From NCBI RefSeq assembly GCF_003991155.1, contig NZ_CP031293.1: DNA of 64,000 bases. One strand, given 5' to 3'. Position numbers and translations under genes: made by a program. The notes under the pieces are model-generated. The model saw only the letters and a list, made by a program, of their open reading frames with translations, had not been told where the DNA came from and did no database searches. Of the stretch, positions 1 through 11,603 are shown piece after piece (the stretch's first letter is position 1; each line of letters starts with the position of its first letter). Source of the stretch: Escherichia coli (GTDB lineage Bacteria > Pseudomonadota > Gammaproteobacteria > Enterobacterales > Enterobacteriaceae).

Positions 1-733
1 CGAAACGGTGGGTCTGGAAAAAACCTTTGTTATTTGGGGCGCGATTGTACTGGTGATGATTGTCTTTGGCGCAACGTTAATGAAAGATGCGCCGAAACAG
101 GAAGTGAAAACCAGCAATGGTGTGGTGGAGAAGGACTACACGCTGGCAGAGTCGATGCGTAAACCGCAGTACTGGATGTTAGCGGTTATGTTCCTGACTG
201 CGTGCATGAGTGGTCTGTATGTGATTGGTGTAGCGAAAGATATCGCTCAAAGTCTGGCGCATCTTGATGCAATTTCCGCAGCCAATGCTGTGACGGTTAT
301 TTCCATCGCCAACCTTTCTGGTCGTCTGGTGCTGGGTATTCTGTCTGACAAAATCGCCCGTATCCGTGTTATCACCATTGGTCAGGTGATATCGCTGGTG
401 GGTATGGCGGCCCTGCTGTTTGCACCATTGAATGCAGTGACGTTCTTTGCAGCGATTGCCTGCGTGGCGTTTAACTTTGGCGGCACTATCACGGTGTTCC
501 CGTCACTGGTCAGTGAGTTCTTCGGCCTCAATAACCTGGCGAAAAACTACGGTGTGATTTATCTCGGTTTCGGTATCGGCAGCATTTGTGGGTCGATTAT
601 CGCCTCACTGTTTGGCGGCTTCTATGTGACCTTCTACGTGATTTTCGCCCTGCTGATTCTGTCACTGGCGCTCTCTACGACGATTCGTCAGCCAGAGCAG
701 AAAGTATTGCGTGAAGCGCATGGCTCCCTTTAA
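1..733 (+). CDS. yhjX: MFS transporter YhjX (oxalate/formate antiporter family), 3' portion; 5' end lies outside the window
   Basis: ORF runs from the window edge to a stop at 733; multi-helix hydrophobic product; position upstream of eptB as in K-12. Identity from recall and context, not verified. Confidence 0.8.
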   Translation, partial: ETVGLEKTFVIWGAIVLVMIVFGATLMKDAPKQEVKTSNGVVEKDYTLAESMRKPQYWMLAVMFLTACMSGLYVIGVAKDIAQSLAHLDAISAANAVTVISIANLSGRLVLGILSDKIARIRVITIGQVISLVGMAALLFAPLNAVTFFAAIACVAFNFGGTITVFPSLVSEFFGLNNLAKNYGVIYLGFGIGSICGSIIASLFGGFYVTFYVIFALLILSLALSTTIRQPEQKVLREAHGSL

Positions 734-817
734 TCATCTGCCGCGAGCTACTGGGCTTTAACCTTAGTGTGAATCAAACGCTTCAACGCAATGTATAAAC
801 AATGACGCGTAAAATTT

Positions 818-840
818 GGGCCAGTTAACTGGCCCTTTTT
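818..840 (+). terminator. Rho-independent terminator after yhjX
   Basis: GGGCCAGTTAACTGGCCC hairpin followed by TTTTT. Confidence 0.6.
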
Positions 841-1056
841 ACTGCTTTTTGTAACGCTAAAGTCTCTTTTCAAACTTGCATTTTTGTAAATTTGTGCTTC
901 ATGCACACTCTTTCCCCACACTTTTTCCCTTTGCTGTGGTCTACTTATTCGCGCGTGTAGATTTTACTTATCTGACTACCTCCGCACTTTTCCCCTGCCG
1001 GGCCTGAAAAGCCGCTAAGCAGGGTGTTATCACCTGTTTGTCCAGGGTTTGTTTGC

Positions 1057-2748
1057 ATGAGATACATCAAATCGATTACACAGCAGAAGCTGAGCTTTTT
1101 GCTTGCAATCTATATTGGCCTTTTTATGAATGGCGCGGTTTTTTACCGCCGCTTCGGCAGCTATGCGCACGATTTTACCGTCTGGAAAGGTATTTCTGCT
1201 GTTGTTGAACTGGCCGCCACCGTACTGGTGACCTTCTTTTTACTGCGTCTTCTTTCGCTGTTTGGCCGCCGCAGCTGGCGTATTCTGGCATCGCTGGTGG
1301 TGCTCTTTTCCGCAGGTGCCAGCTATTACATGACCTTCCTTAATGTAGTCATTGGTTATGGCATCATCGCATCCGTCATGACCACCGATATCGACCTGTC
1401 AAAAGAAGTTGTTGGTCTGAACTTTATTCTCTGGTTAATCGCCGTAAGCGCGTTGCCTCTTATCCTTATCTGGAATAACCGCTGTCGTTACACCTTGCTC
1501 CGACAACTGCGAACCCCAGGGCAGCGTATTCGCAGCCTGGCGGTCGTCGTACTGGCAGGTATTATGGTTTGGGCACCGATTCGTTTGCTGGATATCCAGC
1601 AGAAGAAAGTGGAGAGGGCGACAGGTGTTGATTTGCCGAGTTATGGCGGCGTCGTCGCGAACTCTTATCTGCCATCAAACTGGCTTTCGGCATTAGGTCT
1701 TTATGCCTGGGCGCGGGTCGATGAATCTTCCGATAACAATTCTCTCCTTAACCCTGCGAAGAAGTTTACGTACCAGGCTCCACAAAACGTTGATGATACA
1801 TATGTCGTTTTCATTATTGGTGAAACCACGCGCTGGGATCATATGGGCATTTTCGGCTATGAACGCAATACCACACCGAAACTGGCTCAGGAGAAAAATC
1901 TGGCGGCGTTCCGTGGTTACTCCTGTGATACTGCAACCAAACTCTCACTGCGTTGCATGTTTGTACGTCAGGGTGGAGCAGAAGATAATCCGCAGCGCAC
2001 ATTAAAAGAACAGAACATTTTCGCGGTATTGAAGCAGTTAGGATTCAGTTCTGATCTCTACGCTATGCAAAGCGAAATGTGGTTCTACAGCAATACGATG
2101 GCGGACAACATTGCTTATCGTGAGCAGATTGGTGCGGAGCCACGTAACCGTGGCAAACCGGTAGATGATATGTTGCTGGTAGACGAAATGCAGCAGTCGC
2201 TGGGGCGCAACCCGGATGGTAAGCATCTGATCATTCTGCATACCAAAGGCTCACACTTTAACTACACCCAGCGTTACCCGCGCAGCTTTGCGCAGTGGAA
2301 GCCGGAATGTATTGGTGTTGATAGCGGCTGTACCAAAGCGCAGATGATCAACTCATACGACAACTCGGTGACCTATGTGGATCACTTTATTTCCAGCGTG
2401 ATTGATCAGGTTCGCAATAAGAAAGCGATTGTGTTCTATGCAGCTGACCACGGTGAGTCAATTAATGAACGCGAGCACCTGCACGGCACGCCGCGTGAAC
2501 TGGCACCGCCGGAACAGTTCCGTGTGCCGATGATGGTCTGGATGTCGGATAAATATCTGGAAAATCCGGTCAATGCGCAGGCATTTGCGCAGCTGAAAAA
2601 AGAAGCCGACATGAAAGTGCCACGCCGTCACGTAGAGCTGTACGACACCATCATGGGGTGTCTTGGCTATACTTCACCTGATGGTGGAATTAACGAAAAC
2701 AACAACTGGTGTCACATCCCGCAGGCAAAAGAGGCAGCGGCTAACTAA
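1057..2748 (+). CDS. eptB: Kdo2-lipid A phosphoethanolamine transferase EptB
   Basis: ORF 1024..2748; the product from the ATG at 1057 ([16 protein letters not shown]...) matches the recalled 563-aa EptB N-terminus; sulfatase-like C-terminal domain. Confidence 0.9.
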   Translation: MRYIKSITQQKLSFLLAIYIGLFMNGAVFYRRFGSYAHDFTVWKGISAVVELAATVLVTFFLLRLLSLFGRRSWRILASLVVLFSAGASYYMTFLNVVIGYGIIASVMTTDIDLSKEVVGLNFILWLIAVSALPLILIWNNRCRYTLLRQLRTPGQRIRSLAVVVLAGIMVWAPIRLLDIQQKKVERATGVDLPSYGGVVANSYLPSNWLSALGLYAWARVDESSDNNSLLNPAKKFTYQAPQNVDDTYVVFIIGETTRWDHMGIFGYERNTTPKLAQEKNLAAFRGYSCDTATKLSLRCMFVRQGGAEDNPQRTLKEQNIFAVLKQLGFSSDLYAMQSEMWFYSNTMADNIAYREQIGAEPRNRGKPVDDMLLVDEMQQSLGRNPDGKHLIILHTKGSHFNYTQRYPRSFAQWKPECIGVDSGCTKAQMINSYDNSVTYVDHFISSVIDQVRNKKAIVFYAADHGESINEREHLHGTPRELAPPEQFRVPMMVWMSDKYLENPVNAQAFAQLKKEADMKVPRRHVELYDTIMGCLGYTSPDGGINENNNWCHIPQAKEAAAN

Positions 2749-2798
2749 GAGGTCTGCTGACTTTCTCGCCGATCAAAAGGCATTTTGCTATTAAGGGA

Positions 2799-2827
2799 TT
2801 GACGAGGGCGTATCTGCGCAGTAAGAT
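2799..2827 (+). promoter_or_regulatory. Putative sigma70 promoter of proK (TTGACG, 17-bp spacer, TAAGAT, GC-rich discriminator)
   Basis: Hexamers read directly from the sequence about 12 bp upstream of the mature tRNA 5' end. Confidence 0.45.
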
Positions 2828-2839
2828 GCGCCCCGCATT

Positions 2840-2916
<77 letters not shown>

Positions 2917-2925
2917 AATTCGAAA

Positions 2926-2952
2926 AGCCTGCTCAACGAGCAGGCTTTTTTG
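2926..2952 (+). terminator. Rho-independent terminator after proK
   Basis: AGCCTGCTC-AAC-GAGCAGGCT hairpin followed by TTTTTT. Confidence 0.8.
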
Positions 2953-3006
2953 CATCTGTAACTCATGAGGAAGAGAACCTCCGGGGGCGGGGAGGTTCGA
3001 CTCGAC

Positions 3007-3092
3007 GTAGGCCTGATAAGACGCGCCAGCGTCGCATCAGGCAAATGTACCGGCCCATTGTCGGATGCGGCGCGACCGCCTTATCCGATCTA
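3007..3092. repeat. Pair of REP (repetitive extragenic palindromic) elements
   Basis: GTAGGCCTGATAAGACGCGCCAGCGTCGCATCAGGC and GTCGGATGCGGCGCGACCGCCTTATCCGATCTAC match the REP consensus. Confidence 0.7.
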
Positions 3093-3619
3093 CACACCAC
3101 ACATTTCCCTGCCAAATTTGCGCCCCATATCTCACTATCCATTAACGGATTTGTGACAGAAACCATTGTCTTTTTTTATATTTGCTTAAATCTTTTTTTG
3201 CGTTACTTATGGCTGGCGCTGGCATTTTCCGCTGTGCGTTTTAGCGTTCATGGTATTAATCGCTCAGATATCCACCTTTACCTCAGATTTTTTTCATTAA
3301 ATGCATAAAACTTAATCACCAAATGTTGCTAAATATTAAGCTGATTGTTCTGGTTGTGTTGGCGTAGCACAAATTTCTCTGCTGCAAATAGCTGTTTGAA
3401 GTTTTTTTAATCTTTGTTTGTGGATTCTCACCGTTGGTGTAAATCCCGGTTGGCTGTATTGACGTTTTCACATTCTGTTGACAGATTGTAGGTCACGAGG
3501 GGCATTTTATGGAGGATCCGCACTGTTACACTGATGTTAATTAGTACGGCATCCCCACCTCATAACGTTGACCCGACCGGGCAAAAAACAAAAAAGGTCA
3601 GGCAGCGACAACCCACTGC

Positions 3620-3650
3620 AAAGGGTTAAAACAACAAACATCACAATTGG
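3620..3650 (+). promoter_or_regulatory. C/A-rich leader segment upstream of the dppA ribosome-binding site; likely GcvB sRNA pairing site
   Basis: Sequence AAAACAACAAACATCACAATTGGAGCAG immediately 5' of the ATG. GcvB repression of dppA through C/A-rich leader sites is established knowledge; the exact extent is not determined here. Confidence 0.4.
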
Positions 3651-3659
3651 AGCAGAATA

Positions 3660-5267
3660 ATGCGTATTTCCTTGAAAAAGTCAGGGATGCTGAAGCTTGG
3701 TCTCAGCCTGGTGGCTATGACCGTCGCAGCAAGTGTTCAGGCTAAAACTCTGGTTTATTGCTCAGAAGGATCTCCGGAAGGGTTTAACCCGCAGCTGTTT
3801 ACCTCCGGCACCACCTATGACGCCTCTTCCGTACCGCTTTATAACCGCCTGGTTGAATTTAAAATCGGCACCACTGAAGTGATTCCGGGCCTCGCTGAAA
3901 AGTGGGAAGTCAGCGAAGACGGTAAAACCTATACCTTCCATCTGCGTAAAGGTGTGAAGTGGCATAACAACAAAGAATTCAAACCGACGCGCGAACTGAA
4001 CGCCGATGACGTGGTGTTCTCGTTCGATCGTCAGAAAAACGCGCAAAACCCGTACCATAAAGTTTCTGGCGGCAGCTACGAATACTTTGAAGGCATGGGC
4101 TTGCCGGAGCTGATCAGCGAAGTGAAAAAGGTGGACGACAACACCGTTCAGTTTGTGCTGACTCGCCCGGAAGCGCCGTTCCTCGCTGACCTGGCAATGG
4201 ACTTCGCCTCTATTCTGTCAAAAGAATATGCTGACGCGATGATGAAAGCCGGTACACCGGAAAAACTGGACCTCAACCCAATCGGTACCGGCCCGTTCCA
4301 GTTACAGCAGTACCAGAAAGATTCCCGTATTCGCTATAAAGCGTTTGATGGCTACTGGGGCACCAAACCGAAGATCGATACGCTGGTCTTCTCTATTACT
4401 CCTGACGCTTCCGTGCGTTATGCGAAATTGCAGAAGAACGAATGCCAGGTGATGCCGTACCCGAACCCGGCAGATATCGCCCGCATGAAGCAGGATAAAT
4501 CCATCAACCTGATGGAAATGCCGGGGCTGAATGTCGGTTATCTCTCGTATAACGTGCAGAAAAAACCACTCGATGACGTGAAAGTTCGCCAGGCTCTGAC
4601 CTACGCGGTGAACAAAGACGCCATCATCAAAGCAGTTTATCAGGGCGCGGGCATATCAGCGAAAAACCTGATCCCGCCAACCATGTGGGGCTATAACGAC
4701 GACGTTCAGGACTACACCTACGATCCTGAAAAAGCGAAAGCCTTGCTGAAAGAAGCGGGTCTGGAAAAAGGTTTCTCCATCGACTTGTGGGCAATGCCGG
4801 TACAACGTCCGTATAACCCGAACGCTCGCCGCATGGCGGAGATGATTCAGGCAGACTGGGCGAAAGTCGGCGTACAAGCGAAAATCGTTACCTACGAATG
4901 GGGTGAGTACCTCAAGCGTGCGAAAGATGGCGAGCATCAGACGGTAATGATGGGCTGGACTGGCGATAACGGGGATCCGGATAACTTCTTTGCCACCCTG
5001 TTCAGCTGCGCCGCCTCTGAACAAGGCTCCAACTACTCAAAATGGTGCTACAAACCGTTTGAAGATCTGATTCAACCGGCGCGTGCTACCGACGACCACA
5101 ATAAACGTGTTGAACTGTACAAACAAGCACAGGTCGTGATGCACGATCAGGCTCCGGCACTGATCATCGCTCACTCCACCGTGTTTGAACCGGTACGCAA
5201 AGAAGTTAAAGGCTATGTGGTTGATCCATTAGGCAAACATCACTTCGAAAATGTCTCTATCGAATAA
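3660..5267 (+). CDS. dppA: Periplasmic dipeptide-binding protein DppA
   Basis: 535-aa ORF with signal peptide; first gene of a five-gene ABC transporter operon. Confidence 0.95.
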   Translation: MRISLKKSGMLKLGLSLVAMTVAASVQAKTLVYCSEGSPEGFNPQLFTSGTTYDASSVPLYNRLVEFKIGTTEVIPGLAEKWEVSEDGKTYTFHLRKGVKWHNNKEFKPTRELNADDVVFSFDRQKNAQNPYHKVSGGSYEYFEGMGLPELISEVKKVDDNTVQFVLTRPEAPFLADLAMDFASILSKEYADAMMKAGTPEKLDLNPIGTGPFQLQQYQKDSRIRYKAFDGYWGTKPKIDTLVFSITPDASVRYAKLQKNECQVMPYPNPADIARMKQDKSINLMEMPGLNVGYLSYNVQKKPLDDVKVRQALTYAVNKDAIIKAVYQGAGISAKNLIPPTMWGYNDDVQDYTYDPEKAKALLKEAGLEKGFSIDLWAMPVQRPYNPNARRMAEMIQADWAKVGVQAKIVTYEWGEYLKRAKDGEHQTVMMGWTGDNGDPDNFFATLFSCAASEQGSNYSKWCYKPFEDLIQPARATDDHNKRVELYKQAQVVMHDQAPALIIAHSTVFEPVRKEVKGYVVDPLGKHHFENVSIE

Positions 5268-5417
5268 TTAAAAGCCATACCCGGTGGCGCTGTGCCTCTG
5301 CGTGCAGCGCCATCCGGCAGCAATACTTCATTCCCTGTCCCACAAGGGCGGGAATTGATTTGTGAGCAATACAGACACGCAGTTCCAGGCTGCGGGTCAT
5401 TATAGAGAATCCGGGTT

Positions 5418-6437
5418 ATGTTGCAGTTTATTCTCCGACGTTTGGGACTCGTCATCCCCACGTTTATCGGTATTACCCTTCTCACATTTGCCTTTGTCCA
5501 CATGATCCCGGGCGATCCGGTGATGATCATGGCGGGCGAACGTGGGATCTCCCCAGAGCGTCACGCGCAATTGCTGGCTGAACTCGGCTTAGATAAACCG
5601 ATGTGGCAGCAGTATCTCCATTACATTTGGGGCGTAATGCACGGTGATTTAGGCATTTCCATGAAAAGCCGCATCCCGGTATGGGAAGAGTTCGTGCCGC
5701 GCTTTCAGGCCACGCTGGAACTTGGCGTCTGCGCGATGATTTTTGCGACGGCAGTCGGTATTCCGGTTGGTGTGCTGGCTGCGGTTAAACGCGGTTCCAT
5801 TTTCGATCACACAGCGGTTGGCCTGGCGCTGACCGGCTACTCGATGCCAATTTTCTGGTGGGGCATGATGCTGATCATGCTGGTTTCGGTGCACTGGAAC
5901 CTGACGCCTGTCTCCGGTCGTGTGAGCGACATGGTGTTCCTCGATGATTCAAATCCGTTAACCGGTTTTATGCTGATCGACACCGCCATCTGGGGTGAAG
6001 ACGGTAACTTTATCGATGCCGTCGCCCATATGATCCTGCCCGCCATTGTGCTGGGTACCATCCCGCTGGCGGTCATTGTGCGTATGACGCGCTCCTCGAT
6101 GCTGGAAGTGCTGGGCGAAGATTATATCCGCACCGCGCGTGCCAAAGGTCTTACCCGGATGCGGGTGATTATCGTCCATGCGCTGCGTAACGCGATGCTG
6201 CCGGTGGTGACCGTTATCGGCCTGCAGGTGGGAACATTGCTGGCGGGGGCGATTCTGACTGAAACCATCTTCTCGTGGCCCGGTCTGGGGCGCTGGTTGA
6301 TTGACGCACTGCAACGCCGCGATTATCCGGTAGTGCAGGGCGGCGTATTGCTGGTGGCGACGATGATTATCCTCGTCAACCTGCTGGTCGATCTGCTGTA
6401 CGGCGTGGTGAACCCGCGTATTCGTCATAAGAAGTAA
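5418..6437 (+). CDS. dppB: Dipeptide ABC transporter permease DppB
   Basis: 339-aa polytopic membrane protein in the conserved operon position. Confidence 0.95.
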   Translation: MLQFILRRLGLVIPTFIGITLLTFAFVHMIPGDPVMIMAGERGISPERHAQLLAELGLDKPMWQQYLHYIWGVMHGDLGISMKSRIPVWEEFVPRFQATLELGVCAMIFATAVGIPVGVLAAVKRGSIFDHTAVGLALTGYSMPIFWWGMMLIMLVSVHWNLTPVSGRVSDMVFLDDSNPLTGFMLIDTAIWGEDGNFIDAVAHMILPAIVLGTIPLAVIVRMTRSSMLEVLGEDYIRTARAKGLTRMRVIIVHALRNAMLPVVTVIGLQVGTLLAGAILTETIFSWPGLGRWLIDALQRRDYPVVQGGVLLVATMIILVNLLVDLLYGVVNPRIRHKK

Positions 6438-6446
6438 GGGGACATC

Positions 6447-7349
6447 ATGTCACAGGTTACTGAAAATAAAGTGATTAGCGCACCGGTGCCGATGACCCCG
6501 TTACAGGAGTTCTGGCACTATTTTAAACGCAACAAAGGCGCGGTTGTCGGGCTGGTTTACGTCGTCATCGTGCTGTTTATCGCGATCTTTGCCAACTGGA
6601 TTGCACCCTATAACCCAGCGGAACAGTTCCGCGATGCACTGCTCGCCCCGCCAGCCTGGCAGGAAGGCGGCAGCATGGCGCACTTGCTGGGCACTGATGA
6701 CGTGGGGCGTGATGTGCTGTCGCGGCTGATGTACGGCGCGCGCTTGTCGCTGCTGGTTGGCTGTCTGGTAGTGGTGTTATCGCTGATTATGGGCGTTATT
6801 CTCGGCCTGATCGCTGGTTACTTTGGCGGTCTGGTCGATAACATCATCATGCGCGTGGTCGATATCATGCTGGCGCTGCCAAGTCTACTGCTGGCACTGG
6901 TGCTGGTGGCGATTTTCGGCCCGTCGATTGGTAACGCCGCGCTGGCGCTAACCTTCGTTGCGCTGCCGCATTATGTGCGCTTAACCCGCGCCGCCGTGCT
7001 GGTGGAAGTTAACCGCGATTACGTCACCGCGTCTCGCGTGGCGGGTGCCGGGGCAATGCGCCAGATGTTTATTAACATCTTCCCGAACTGCCTTGCGCCG
7101 CTGATTGTTCAGGCGTCGCTCGGTTTCTCTAACGCTATTCTCGATATGGCCGCCCTTGGCTTCCTCGGCATGGGGGCGCAGCCGCCAACGCCGGAGTGGG
7201 GCACCATGCTCTCTGACGTGTTGCAGTTCGCGCAAAGCGCCTGGTGGGTCGTGACCTTCCCGGGTCTGGCGATCCTGCTGACGGTGCTGGCATTTAACCT
7301 GATGGGTGACGGTCTGCGTGACGCGCTCGATCCCAAACTGAAGCAGTAA
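6447..7349 (+). CDS. dppC: Dipeptide ABC transporter permease DppC
   Basis: 300-aa membrane protein in the conserved operon position. Confidence 0.95.
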   Translation: MSQVTENKVISAPVPMTPLQEFWHYFKRNKGAVVGLVYVVIVLFIAIFANWIAPYNPAEQFRDALLAPPAWQEGGSMAHLLGTDDVGRDVLSRLMYGARLSLLVGCLVVVLSLIMGVILGLIAGYFGGLVDNIIMRVVDIMLALPSLLLALVLVAIFGPSIGNAALALTFVALPHYVRLTRAAVLVEVNRDYVTASRVAGAGAMRQMFINIFPNCLAPLIVQASLGFSNAILDMAALGFLGMGAQPPTPEWGTMLSDVLQFAQSAWWVVTFPGLAILLTVLAFNLMGDGLRDALDPKLKQ

Positions 7350-7359
7350 GAGGTTCGAG

Positions 7360-8343
7360 ATGGCGTTATTAAATATAGATAAATTATCGGTGCATTTCGG
7401 CGACGAAAGCGCACCGTTCCGCGCCGTAGACCGCATCAGCTACAGCGTAAAACAGGGCGAAGTGGTCGGGATTGTGGGTGAGTCCGGCTCTGGTAAGTCG
7501 GTCAGTTCACTGGCGATTATGGGGCTGATTGATTATCCGGGCCGCGTGATGGCGGAAAAGCTGGAGTTTAACGGTCAGGATTTACAGCGTATCTCAGAAA
7601 AAGAGCGCCGCAACCTGGTGGGTGCCGAAGTGGCGATGATCTTCCAGGACCCGATGACCAGCCTTAACCCGTGCTACACCGTGGGTTTCCAGATTATGGA
7701 AGCGATTAAGGTGCATCAGGGCGGCAACAAAAGTACCCGCCGTCAGCGGGCGATTGACCTGCTGAATCAGGTCGGTATTCCCGATCCGGCATCGCGTCTG
7801 GATGTTTACCCGCATCAGCTTTCCGGCGGCATGAGCCAGCGCGTGATGATCGCCATGGCGATTGCCTGTCGGCCAAAACTGCTGATTGCCGATGAACCAA
7901 CCACTGCGCTGGACGTGACCATTCAGGCGCAAATCATTGAACTACTGCTGGAGCTACAGCAGAAAGAGAACATGGCGCTGGTGTTAATTACCCATGACCT
8001 GGCGCTGGTGGCGGAAGCGGCACATAAAATCATCGTGATGTATGCAGGTCAGGTGGTGGAAACGGGCGATGCGCACGCCATCTTCCATGCGCCGCGTCAC
8101 CCGTATACTCAGGCATTGCTGCGTGCGCTGCCGGAATTTGCCCAGGACAAAGAACGTCTGGCGTCGTTGCCAGGTGTTGTTCCCGGCAAGTACGACCGTC
8201 CGAACGGCTGCCTGCTTAACCCGCGCTGCCCCTACGCCACTGACAAATGCCGCGCTGAAGAACCGGCGCTGAATATGCTCGCTGACGGGCGTCAGTCCAA
8301 ATGCCATTACCCACTTGATGATGCCGGGAGGCCGACACTATGA
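7360..8343 (+). CDS. dppD: Dipeptide ABC transporter ATPase DppD
   Basis: Walker [12 protein letters not shown] signature LSGGMSQR; 327 aa. Confidence 0.95.
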   Translation: MALLNIDKLSVHFGDESAPFRAVDRISYSVKQGEVVGIVGESGSGKSVSSLAIMGLIDYPGRVMAEKLEFNGQDLQRISEKERRNLVGAEVAMIFQDPMTSLNPCYTVGFQIMEAIKVHQGGNKSTRRQRAIDLLNQVGIPDPASRLDVYPHQLSGGMSQRVMIAMAIACRPKLLIADEPTTALDVTIQAQIIELLLELQQKENMALVLITHDLALVAEAAHKIIVMYAGQVVETGDAHAIFHAPRHPYTQALLRALPEFAQDKERLASLPGVVPGKYDRPNGCLLNPRCPYATDKCRAEEPALNMLADGRQSKCHYPLDDAGRPTL

Positions 8344-9344
8344 GTACGCATGAGGCCACCTCGCAACAACCGCTGTTGCAGGCTATCGACCTGAAAAAAC
8401 ATTATCCGGTGAAGAAAGGCATGTTCGCGCCGGAACGTCTGGTGAAGGCGCTGGATGGCGTTTCGTTTAACCTTGAACGTGGCAAAACGCTGGCAGTAGT
8501 AGGTGAATCTGGCTGCGGTAAATCGACCCTCGGTCGGTTACTGACGATGATCGAAACGCCCACCGGTGGTGAGCTGTATTACCAGGGGCAGGATCTGCTC
8601 AAGCACGATCCGCAGGCGCAGAAGTTGCGTCGGCAGAAAATCCAGATCGTCTTTCAGAATCCCTATGGTTCGCTAAATCCGCGTAAAAAAGTTGGGCAAA
8701 TTCTTGAAGAGCCGCTGCTTATTAATACCAGCTTAAGCAAAGATCAGCGTCGGGAAAAAGCCCTGTCGATGATGGCGAAAGTCGGCCTGAAAACCGAGCA
8801 TTACGACCGCTATCCGCATATGTTCTCCGGCGGTCAGCGTCAGCGTATCGCCATTGCCCGTGGTCTGATGCTCGACCCGGATGTGGTGATTGCCGATGAG
8901 CCGGTTTCCGCGCTGGACGTCTCAGTGCGTGCGCAGGTGCTGAATCTGATGATGGATTTGCAGCAGGAGTTGGGGCTGTCTTATGTCTTTATCTCCCACG
9001 ACCTGTCAGTGGTTGAGCACATTGCCGATGAAGTGATGGTGATGTACCTGGGCCGCTGCGTGGAGAAGGGAACGAAGGACCAAATCTTCAATAACCCGCG
9101 TCATCCGTACACTCAGGCGCTACTCTCCGCGACGCCGCGCCTGAACCCGGACGATCGCCGCGAGCGCATCAAGCTCACCGGTGAACTGCCAAGCCCGCTC
9201 AATCCACCGCCGGGCTGCGCGTTTAACGCCCGCTGTCGTCGGCGCTTCGGCCCCTGCACCCAGTTGCAGCCGCAGCTAAAAGACTACGGCGGTCAACTGG
9301 TAGCTTGTTTTGCTGTTGATCAGGATGAAAATCCGCAGCGTTAA
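8340..9344 (+). CDS. dppF: Dipeptide ABC transporter ATPase DppF
   Basis: Walker [10 protein letters not shown], signature [12 protein letters not shown] overlap with the dppD stop. Confidence 0.95.
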   Translation: MSTHEATSQQPLLQAIDLKKHYPVKKGMFAPERLVKALDGVSFNLERGKTLAVVGESGCGKSTLGRLLTMIETPTGGELYYQGQDLLKHDPQAQKLRRQKIQIVFQNPYGSLNPRKKVGQILEEPLLINTSLSKDQRREKALSMMAKVGLKTEHYDRYPHMFSGGQRQRIAIARGLMLDPDVVIADEPVSALDVSVRAQVLNLMMDLQQELGLSYVFISHDLSVVEHIADEVMVMYLGRCVEKGTKDQIFNNPRHPYTQALLSATPRLNPDDRRERIKLTGELPSPLNPPPGCAFNARCRRRFGPCTQLQPQLKDYGGQLVACFAVDQDENPQR

Positions 9345-9348
9345 CTCA

Positions 9349-9377
9349 CAAAACCGGGGCCGTGCGCTCCGGTTTAC
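9349..9377. terminator. Hairpin between convergent dppF and yhjV (probable bidirectional terminator)
   Basis: AAACCGG...CCGGTTT stem-loop in the 29-bp gap, overlapping the yhjV stop codon. Confidence 0.55.
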
Positions 9378-10645
9378 TCAATCAGCTTCAACAGTGGCGA
9401 CAAGCATAGCAAAATGCCGTAAAGCAGAATCAGCCAGGCTTTAAATCCGCGAAGTTTTTCCAGTTGTGCGACTTTATAGATCAGGAAAAACGGAATGAGG
9501 CACGACACAATGCCATATAACGGGCTTCCCAACTGAAAGAACACCAGCACCGATACACGAAACGAAACCCAAATCGTCAACGTAATGACGATAAAAGCGC
9601 AGATCGCCAGAGTCAGCACGCGTGAATTAATTTTCCTGGTATCAATAATTCGGCTTAACAGATTGAGAATAATGCCTTTAATGGCCTCGTGGAAACCGAG
9701 ATAAATGCCAAAGAATGCGGTCAGTACGGCAAAGATATTCAGCACCGTAGAGGTGATATGAATGATATGCCCAGGGATCACCTGCGCGGCCAGTGCCAGT
9801 GCCGAGATATTTTGTTCAAAGGCAGAAACGGCTTCTTCGTGGCTAATTGAGAAGGTAAACGAAAAGGCAAAAAACAGGATCACCGCGATGAGCGTGACAT
9901 AACTAATTCGGTGGGTACGCAGCGCGAGCCGGGTTGCCAGTACTTTATCCGCTTCCCGTTTACGATAGGCAATATTCATTGGGTTAAGTACCTGAATAAA
10001 TACCGCAGAAAAGAAGCAAAAGGGAATGGTAAGCAGGACATCGCGGAAAAAGACGGAGGCTTGCGGGAAGGCGGTTATATTGGCGAAATTCCAGTGCGGG
10101 ATCATCGCAAAACCGAACACGACGATAATCCCTACTTTGACCACCACCATTGGCCCGGAAATCTTAAACAGTAATCGTTCACCACCAGACGCAATTGCCA
10201 CCAGTACGGCGAAAATGGCGACTTTATAAAGTAGAGATTGTGAAAGATCGGCATCGGTTAAACCGAAGGTTTTCAGGTACGAGGCGCTGTCGAAAACCAC
10301 GGAGAGAGAGTAGATAAAAATCCCGTGGATAATCATCAAAAAGTAGATAACCCCGAGGAAAATTCCCCAGTTCTTCCCCAGGTAATGACTGATAATATCG
10401 GTATAGTCATTACAGGAATCGCTTTTAGAAAGGGTTTTTAAATAAATGTCCTGCACTACCCAGGTGGCAGGATAAGCAATGATCGCTGCGGTAATAAATA
10501 CCCAAATTCCCTTCAAGCCAATTTGTACTGGCATCAGCACGGTTCCGGCACCAATCGCCATGCCTATGCATAATAAAACCCAGCCGAAGTCGTAGCGTGT
10601 AAACGGCAATTTCTGATCGTGTTTCGGTAGTGTGTTGTGCTGCAT
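9374..10645 (-). CDS. yhjV: Putative amino-acid transporter YhjV (HAAAP family)
   Basis: ORF 9374..10708; start placed at the internal ATG giving [11 protein letters not shown]... (423 aa), matching the recalled K-12 N-terminus; polytopic membrane protein. Confidence 0.85.
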   Translation of the reverse strand: MQHNTLPKHDQKLPFTRYDFGWVLLCIGMAIGAGTVLMPVQIGLKGIWVFITAAIIAYPATWVVQDIYLKTLSKSDSCNDYTDIISHYLGKNWGIFLGVIYFLMIIHGIFIYSLSVVFDSASYLKTFGLTDADLSQSLLYKVAIFAVLVAIASGGERLLFKISGPMVVVKVGIIVVFGFAMIPHWNFANITAFPQASVFFRDVLLTIPFCFFSAVFIQVLNPMNIAYRKREADKVLATRLALRTHRISYVTLIAVILFFAFSFTFSISHEEAVSAFEQNISALALAAQVIPGHIIHITSTVLNIFAVLTAFFGIYLGFHEAIKGIILNLLSRIIDTRKINSRVLTLAICAFIVITLTIWVSFRVSVLVFFQLGSPLYGIVSCLIPFFLIYKVAQLEKLRGFKAWLILLYGILLCLSPLLKLIE

Positions 10646-11002
10646 AAAGTCCTGTCCAGAAAGAAGTCGGCCTCGCAAAAATGAATAAACCCAGTTTCTC
10701 TTGCGCAACAGGTGGAGAAGTCGAATACGCAGTATGTAAAAAATGAGGCAACAGATTCACTGGGGAGGTCGCGAGGAGGCGCAATTCTACAAAATTGCGC
10801 ATTTCACTACCAGTCTGGAGTCAGCCCGGATATGAACTGCAACTATTGCAAATAAAGAAATTAAGCTGGAATGCATCACGCAATGAGGAAGATTGCCGGG
10901 TGCTGACGGTAAAAAGCAATCGTAGAATCAGCGGCAAGCCGGAAAGGTTCCGGTGAGGCGCAATGTTGCGGGGGCTTAATCCCTGGTGGCATTGGTTGCT
11001 GG

Positions 11003-11072
11003 AGAGAGAAAACCCCCGCACGTTGCAGGTATGCACCTGACAACATCACGGGGGCTAATCTTGAACCTAGAC
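11003..11072 (-). ncRNA. rdlD: Rdl antisense antitoxin RNA, copy 1
   Basis: Minus-strand sequence GTCTAGGTTCAAGATTAGCCCCCGTGATGTTGTCAGG...CGTGCGGGGGTTTTCTCT matches the recalled RdlD sequence and ends in a terminator hairpin; ends approximate. Confidence 0.6.
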
Positions 11073-11120
11073 CACTCAAGAATAGCCGCGAAACGTTGTC
11101 ATTACAACACAGGCGGCTAT

Positions 11121-11228
11121 ATGACGCTCGCAGAACTGGGCATGGCCTTCTGGCATGATTTAGCGGCTCCGGTCATTGCTGGCATTCTTGCCAGCATGAT
11201 CGTGAACTGGCTGAACAAGCGGAAGTAA
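11121..11228 (+). CDS. ldrD: Type I toxin Ldr (35 aa: MTLAELGMAFWHDLAAPVIAGILASMIVNWLNKRK), copy 1
   Basis: 35-codon ORF at the 3' end of the repeat; peptide matches the recalled Ldr family sequence. Confidence 0.85.
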   Translation: MTLAELGMAFWHDLAAPVIAGILASMIVNWLNKRK

Positions 11229-11278
11229 CGTGTCAGACGGGCGTCAGGCTGCGGTAATGGCAATTTGCGCCCGGACCA

Positions 11279-11310
11279 GGCCGCAGGGATAAAACTCTGC
11301 GGCCTTTTTC
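11279..11310 (+). terminator. Rho-independent terminator of ldr copy 1
   Basis: GGCCGCAG / CTGCGGCC stem followed by TTTTT. Confidence 0.7.
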
Positions 11311-11485
11311 GTAAGAAAAAGGCAACGGTTGCAAGCGGATAATATTCTGCGGAATGGACAGCACAGAGTGAAGAAGTGACGGATTCCGGAACAGAAAAAC
11401 AGTCGTAGAATCAGCGGCAAGCCGGAAAGGTTCCGGTGAGGCGCAATGTTGCGGGGGCTTTATCCCTGGTGGCATTGGTTGCTGG

Positions 11486-11555
11486 AGAGAGAAAACCCCC
11501 GCACGTTGCAGTTATGCACCTGACAACACCACGGGGGCTAATCTTGACTCTAGAC
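11486..11555 (-). ncRNA. Rdl antisense antitoxin RNA, copy 2
   Basis: Paralogous to copy 1 with a few substitutions; ends approximate. Confidence 0.6.
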
Positions 11556-11603
11556 CACTCAAGAATAGCCGCGAAACGTTGTCATTACAACTCAGGCGGC
11601 TAT

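Noticed and set aside
860-1056. Attempt to place the sigmaE-dependent eptB promoter
   Set aside because: An AACTT-containing segment is present, but I could not find a convincing GGAACTT-N16-TCAAA arrangement by eye; left unannotated rather than guessed.
11233-11475. 80-codon minus-strand ORF inside the LDR unit (also 10876..11079)
   Set aside because: It overlaps the rdl antisense RNA and the ldr leader, and its product is low-complexity and proline/serine-rich; more likely the non-coding antisense region than a protein gene.
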